A stretch of 64,000 nt of DNA, taken from NCBI GenBank assembly GCA_965262915.1, contig OZ253564.1, positions 4,672,001-4,736,000 of the forward strand. Reading direction: 5' to 3'. Origin of the DNA: Candidatus Spongiisociaceae bacterium. Its GTDB lineage: Bacteria > Actinomycetota > Acidimicrobiia > Spongiisociales > Spongiisociaceae. The notes below the pieces were generated by a model that was given only the letters and a program-made list of their open reading frames with translations, had not been told where the DNA came from and did no database searches. Positions within the stretch are counted from its first letter, which is position 1. Every line of letters starts with the position of its first letter. The position numbers and the translations under genes were made by a program. This document shows, one piece after another, positions 61,313 to 64,000 of the stretch.

Positions 61313-62596
61313 ATGATACGCCGCCACTCGGGCGCCTCTCCCCGAGTCGGCTACATACCCAGGCAGATCGATGCACTACTCCGCGCTGAACTCGAAGTCT
61401 GGCCCGCTGTCGTCATCACGGGTCCACGCGGGGTGGGCAAGACGACCACCGCCCTGCAAGTGGTGGAGTCTGTAATCGACCTTTCGCAGCCGCAGCAGCG
61501 CGATGCCTTCATGCTGGACATGGAATCCGCCTTGCGGGCTTCTCCGAAACCGGTCCTGATCGACGGGTGGCAGCAGGCCCCCGATGTGTTGTGGGTGGTC
61601 AAGAAGCTGATCGACCAGGACGCCATGACGGGATTCGTCATCGCAGGCTCGTCCCGTATCCGGTCCAACGATGAGGATGGCAGCAATCAGTGGCCGCTGG
61701 TGCATCGAGGCGTCACGCTGGATATGCATCCGCTTACCGTGGCGGAGAAGCGCCGTAGGGCGTTCCACCCCTTCACGGATCGGCTGGCCGACATGAGCGC
61801 AGCCCACGGTTACCACGGTGTTTCCAGCCTGTACGACTACATCGACATAGCCTTGGAAGGTGGTTACCCGGCATATCTGGACATCAAGCAGCACTCCGAC
61901 CGCAGAGCGCAGATGGAGAGCGCCGTCCGCGACATCGTGCGGTTGGAGGCAGCAACGGGCCGGACCGACCATCGTAAGATGCTGGACTTTCTCCATGTCT
62001 ACGCCGCCAATTCTTCGGAACTGATCAACCAGACCACGTTGGCAGAGCACGCCGACATCTCTCGGGCCTCGGCCGAGAAATACGAGCGGGCGCTGCACAA
62101 CTCAGACATCGTGTCGCAGCTCCCGTCCTGGCATCGAACGCTCTCGAGTCGCACCGGCAAGCGTCCCAAGCGGTTCGTCAACGACACGGGAATGTGGGCT
62201 GCGATACTGGGAGTGGGTCCTGAGGACATACGCGGTGACTCCAAGCTGGTCGGCAACCTGATGGAGACCTTCGTGGTGTCGCAGATGCGCGCTCAGCAGT
62301 CCGCATCCCGGTCCGGGTATACCCTCTACCACTACCGCGACCAAGCCAGGCGGGAGATAGACCTGATACTGGAGAACCGCCTCGACCGCAGCCTGTTCGC
62401 GGTCGAGGTCAAGGCATCCAGCACCGTTACCCGCCATGATGCCCGCCATCTGGAATGGTTGCGGCACCAGTTGGACACCGACAATCCACGCCGATCCATT
62501 AGCTTCGCCCGCGGCGTGGTGCTCTACCCCGGTCCTCTGACCGTCGAGATCAGCGATCGGGTCTGGGCCATGCCGATCTCGGCGCTATGGGAATAG
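61313..62596 (+). CDS. AAA ATPase with DUF4143 / C-terminal PD-(D/E)xK-like domain
   Basis: GPRGVGKTT, LIDGWQ (Walker B Glu replaced by Gly), GGYPA, PKRFVND, ETFVVSQ, EIDLIL..VEVK. Confidence 0.88.
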   Translation: MIRRHSGASPRVGYIPRQIDALLRAELEVWPAVVITGPRGVGKTTTALQVVESVIDLSQPQQRDAFMLDMESALRASPKPVLIDGWQQAPDVLWVVKKLIDQDAMTGFVIAGSSRIRSNDEDGSNQWPLVHRGVTLDMHPLTVAEKRRRAFHPFTDRLADMSAAHGYHGVSSLYDYIDIALEGGYPAYLDIKQHSDRRAQMESAVRDIVRLEAATGRTDHRKMLDFLHVYAANSSELINQTTLAEHADISRASAEKYERALHNSDIVSQLPSWHRTLSSRTGKRPKRFVNDTGMWAAILGVGPEDIRGDSKLVGNLMETFVVSQMRAQQSASRSGYTLYHYRDQARREIDLILENRLDRSLFAVEVKASSTVTRHDARHLEWLRHQLDTDNPRRSISFARGVVLYPGPLTVEISDRVWAMPISALWE

Positions 62597-62728
62597 CTCC
62601 GCCGCTTCTCCCGCTTCCTTCCGGTATCTCGGTGGTGTTAGGGGTGGTCGTTAGCTTCTAGCGCTCCAATGTTCTGTTGATATCACAGAGTTTAATAATC
62701 TATATAATTGTATAACCCTACTTAGAGG

Positions 62729-62786
62729 TTGACACCTGTCACACGGGTTTGGTATAACTACATCATGAATGACGAACATACGTTCG
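62729..62786 (+). promoter_or_regulatory. DNA-damage-type promoter with LexA SOS box
   Basis: TTGACA-18-TATAAC-6nt-ATG; TGTCAC-N10-TATAAC resembles the PafBC/RecA-NDp motif; CGAAC-ATAC-GTTCG at 62773-62786. Confidence 0.7.
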
Positions 62787-64000
62787 CTCTCTTTGGAGAC
62801 AACACCGGCGCCGTCGCCACCAGCTTGGCCGACCCGGCATCCGAGGAATCAGCCAGGAGCACCGCCGAGCGGATCAGCGCCGCGCTCCGGGAACTGAACC
62901 GGATACAGATAGGCTCCATGTCTCGGACCGAAGCCAACCACACCCTCGGGCTGCTGGACCAGGCTCAATCGGTGGTCACTTCTCTGATGTATGACGTAGG
63001 CCGCCAAGTCGCCGACTCGGAACCTGACACCGATCCCTCCGAGGTGCTCCGGCAGGGAGCACGCCTGCCCAGTCGAGAGTCCAAGAAGATGGCGAAGGTG
63101 GCCAGACAACTGTCGGAAATACCCAAGGTCCGGGAGAAGTTCGCCACCGGTGATATCACGCCGACCCATGTCAACGCGTTGGCCAACGCGGCGGAGAAGG
63201 TCGGGCCCCATGCCGTTGAAAACGACCGGAGCTTGTTGGAGGCCGCCGACCGGATGTTGCCGGACAGCTTCGACCGCCACATCCGGAAGTGGTCCGAACG
63301 CAAGCTGATCGAGGCGGGTCTCGACCCACTCGAGCGGCAGCGGCGGGCCCGGGAAGCGAAGCTGTGGTGGAGAAGGAAACCGGACTCGGAGTGATCATGG
63401 CGAAGCTCCCTCGCCCCCAGTTCGAATACCTCCGCCAGGCGATCGACAGCCACTACATGCATCTCCTACGCCAGGACGGCGCCGACGGCCAGGATCCTGA
63501 TGCGTTGCGTACCCCGAAGCAGCGGTTAGCCGATGTGGTGGTCGAGCTGCTCAGCAGCCGTGATGCGATTACCGGTGAGTTCATCACCGAAACCGTAGGA
63601 ATCAAAGCCAAGGCCTCCACCCAACTCATCCTCATCGCCCCGGTAGGCGTGGTGGACGGCACTAACCCGAACGCACAGGTGGAGATGATCGGAGTCGGAC
63701 CCGTACCACGCGACATCCTCGGAACGCTATCCCCCGACACCGAACTGGCCGGAATGATTTTCGACCGGGCGGCCCGTCCCCTCTGGCTGGGCCGCAACCA
63801 GCGCCTAGGAAACGCCGCCCAACGACTGGCCGTGGCCGTACGCGACGGAGGATGCTTCGAATGCGGCGCCCCCATGCACCGATGCGAGCTCCACCACATG
63901 AAGGAATGGCACCGCGACCGCGGACCGACCGACATCGACAATCTGGTCGCTGCCTGCCGTCAACATCACAGGTGGTTGGAAACCGACAATTTGGTAGTCC
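62765..64000 (+). pseudogene. DUF222/HNH endonuclease (13E12-like), frameshifted near 63367, runs off window
   Basis: N-part ends LWWRRKPDSE*; the -1 frame continues VEKETGLGVIMAK...QRLAD...RDGGCFECG..CELHH..W...GPTDIDNL..CRQHH with no stop. Confidence 0.85.

Overview
High-GC window from an actinobacterium, probably Acidimicrobiia-like. That assignment is an inference from the rpoC/rplJ/secE/tRNA layout, the leaderless promoters and the LexA-box type; an RCC1-repeat remnant hints at a host-associated lineage. From left to right the window holds: the 5' part of dnaK; a stand-alone AAA ATPase; metX-metY-CoA-binding protein; dnaX-recR; dgt-manC; and the core block htpX / tRNA-Tyr,Thr,Met / tuf / rpmG / fused MaoC dehydratase / ECF sigma + anti-sigma / tRNA-Trp / secE-nusG-rplKAJL-rpoBC on the minus strand. 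These are followed by an AAA-DUF4143 gene, a large nucleoside/methylthioadenosine catabolic cluster with a BMP-type ABC transporter, a 144-bp MITE, LysR-ino1, a molybdoenzyme interrupted by TAG, and a nucleoside phosphorylase plus adenosine deaminase with an internally deleted mini-copy. The right end has a thioredoxin-fusion / UGSC selenoprotein / ackA operon and an accessory, defence-like end (vapBC, 1787-aa exonuclease-RecQ-UvrD fusion, AAA-DUF4143, frameshifted DUF222-HNH). Best leads: (1) a GrdB-like selenoprotein with a clear SECIS hairpin, linked to acetate kinase; (2) a tuf gene whose third codon positions are almost all G/T, with the skew stopping sharply at the gene ends; (3) 23-bp-period repeats upstream of both DUF4143 ATPases; (4) inverted heptamer arrays at intergenic sites. 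All family calls come from motif recognition by eye; no searches were run.
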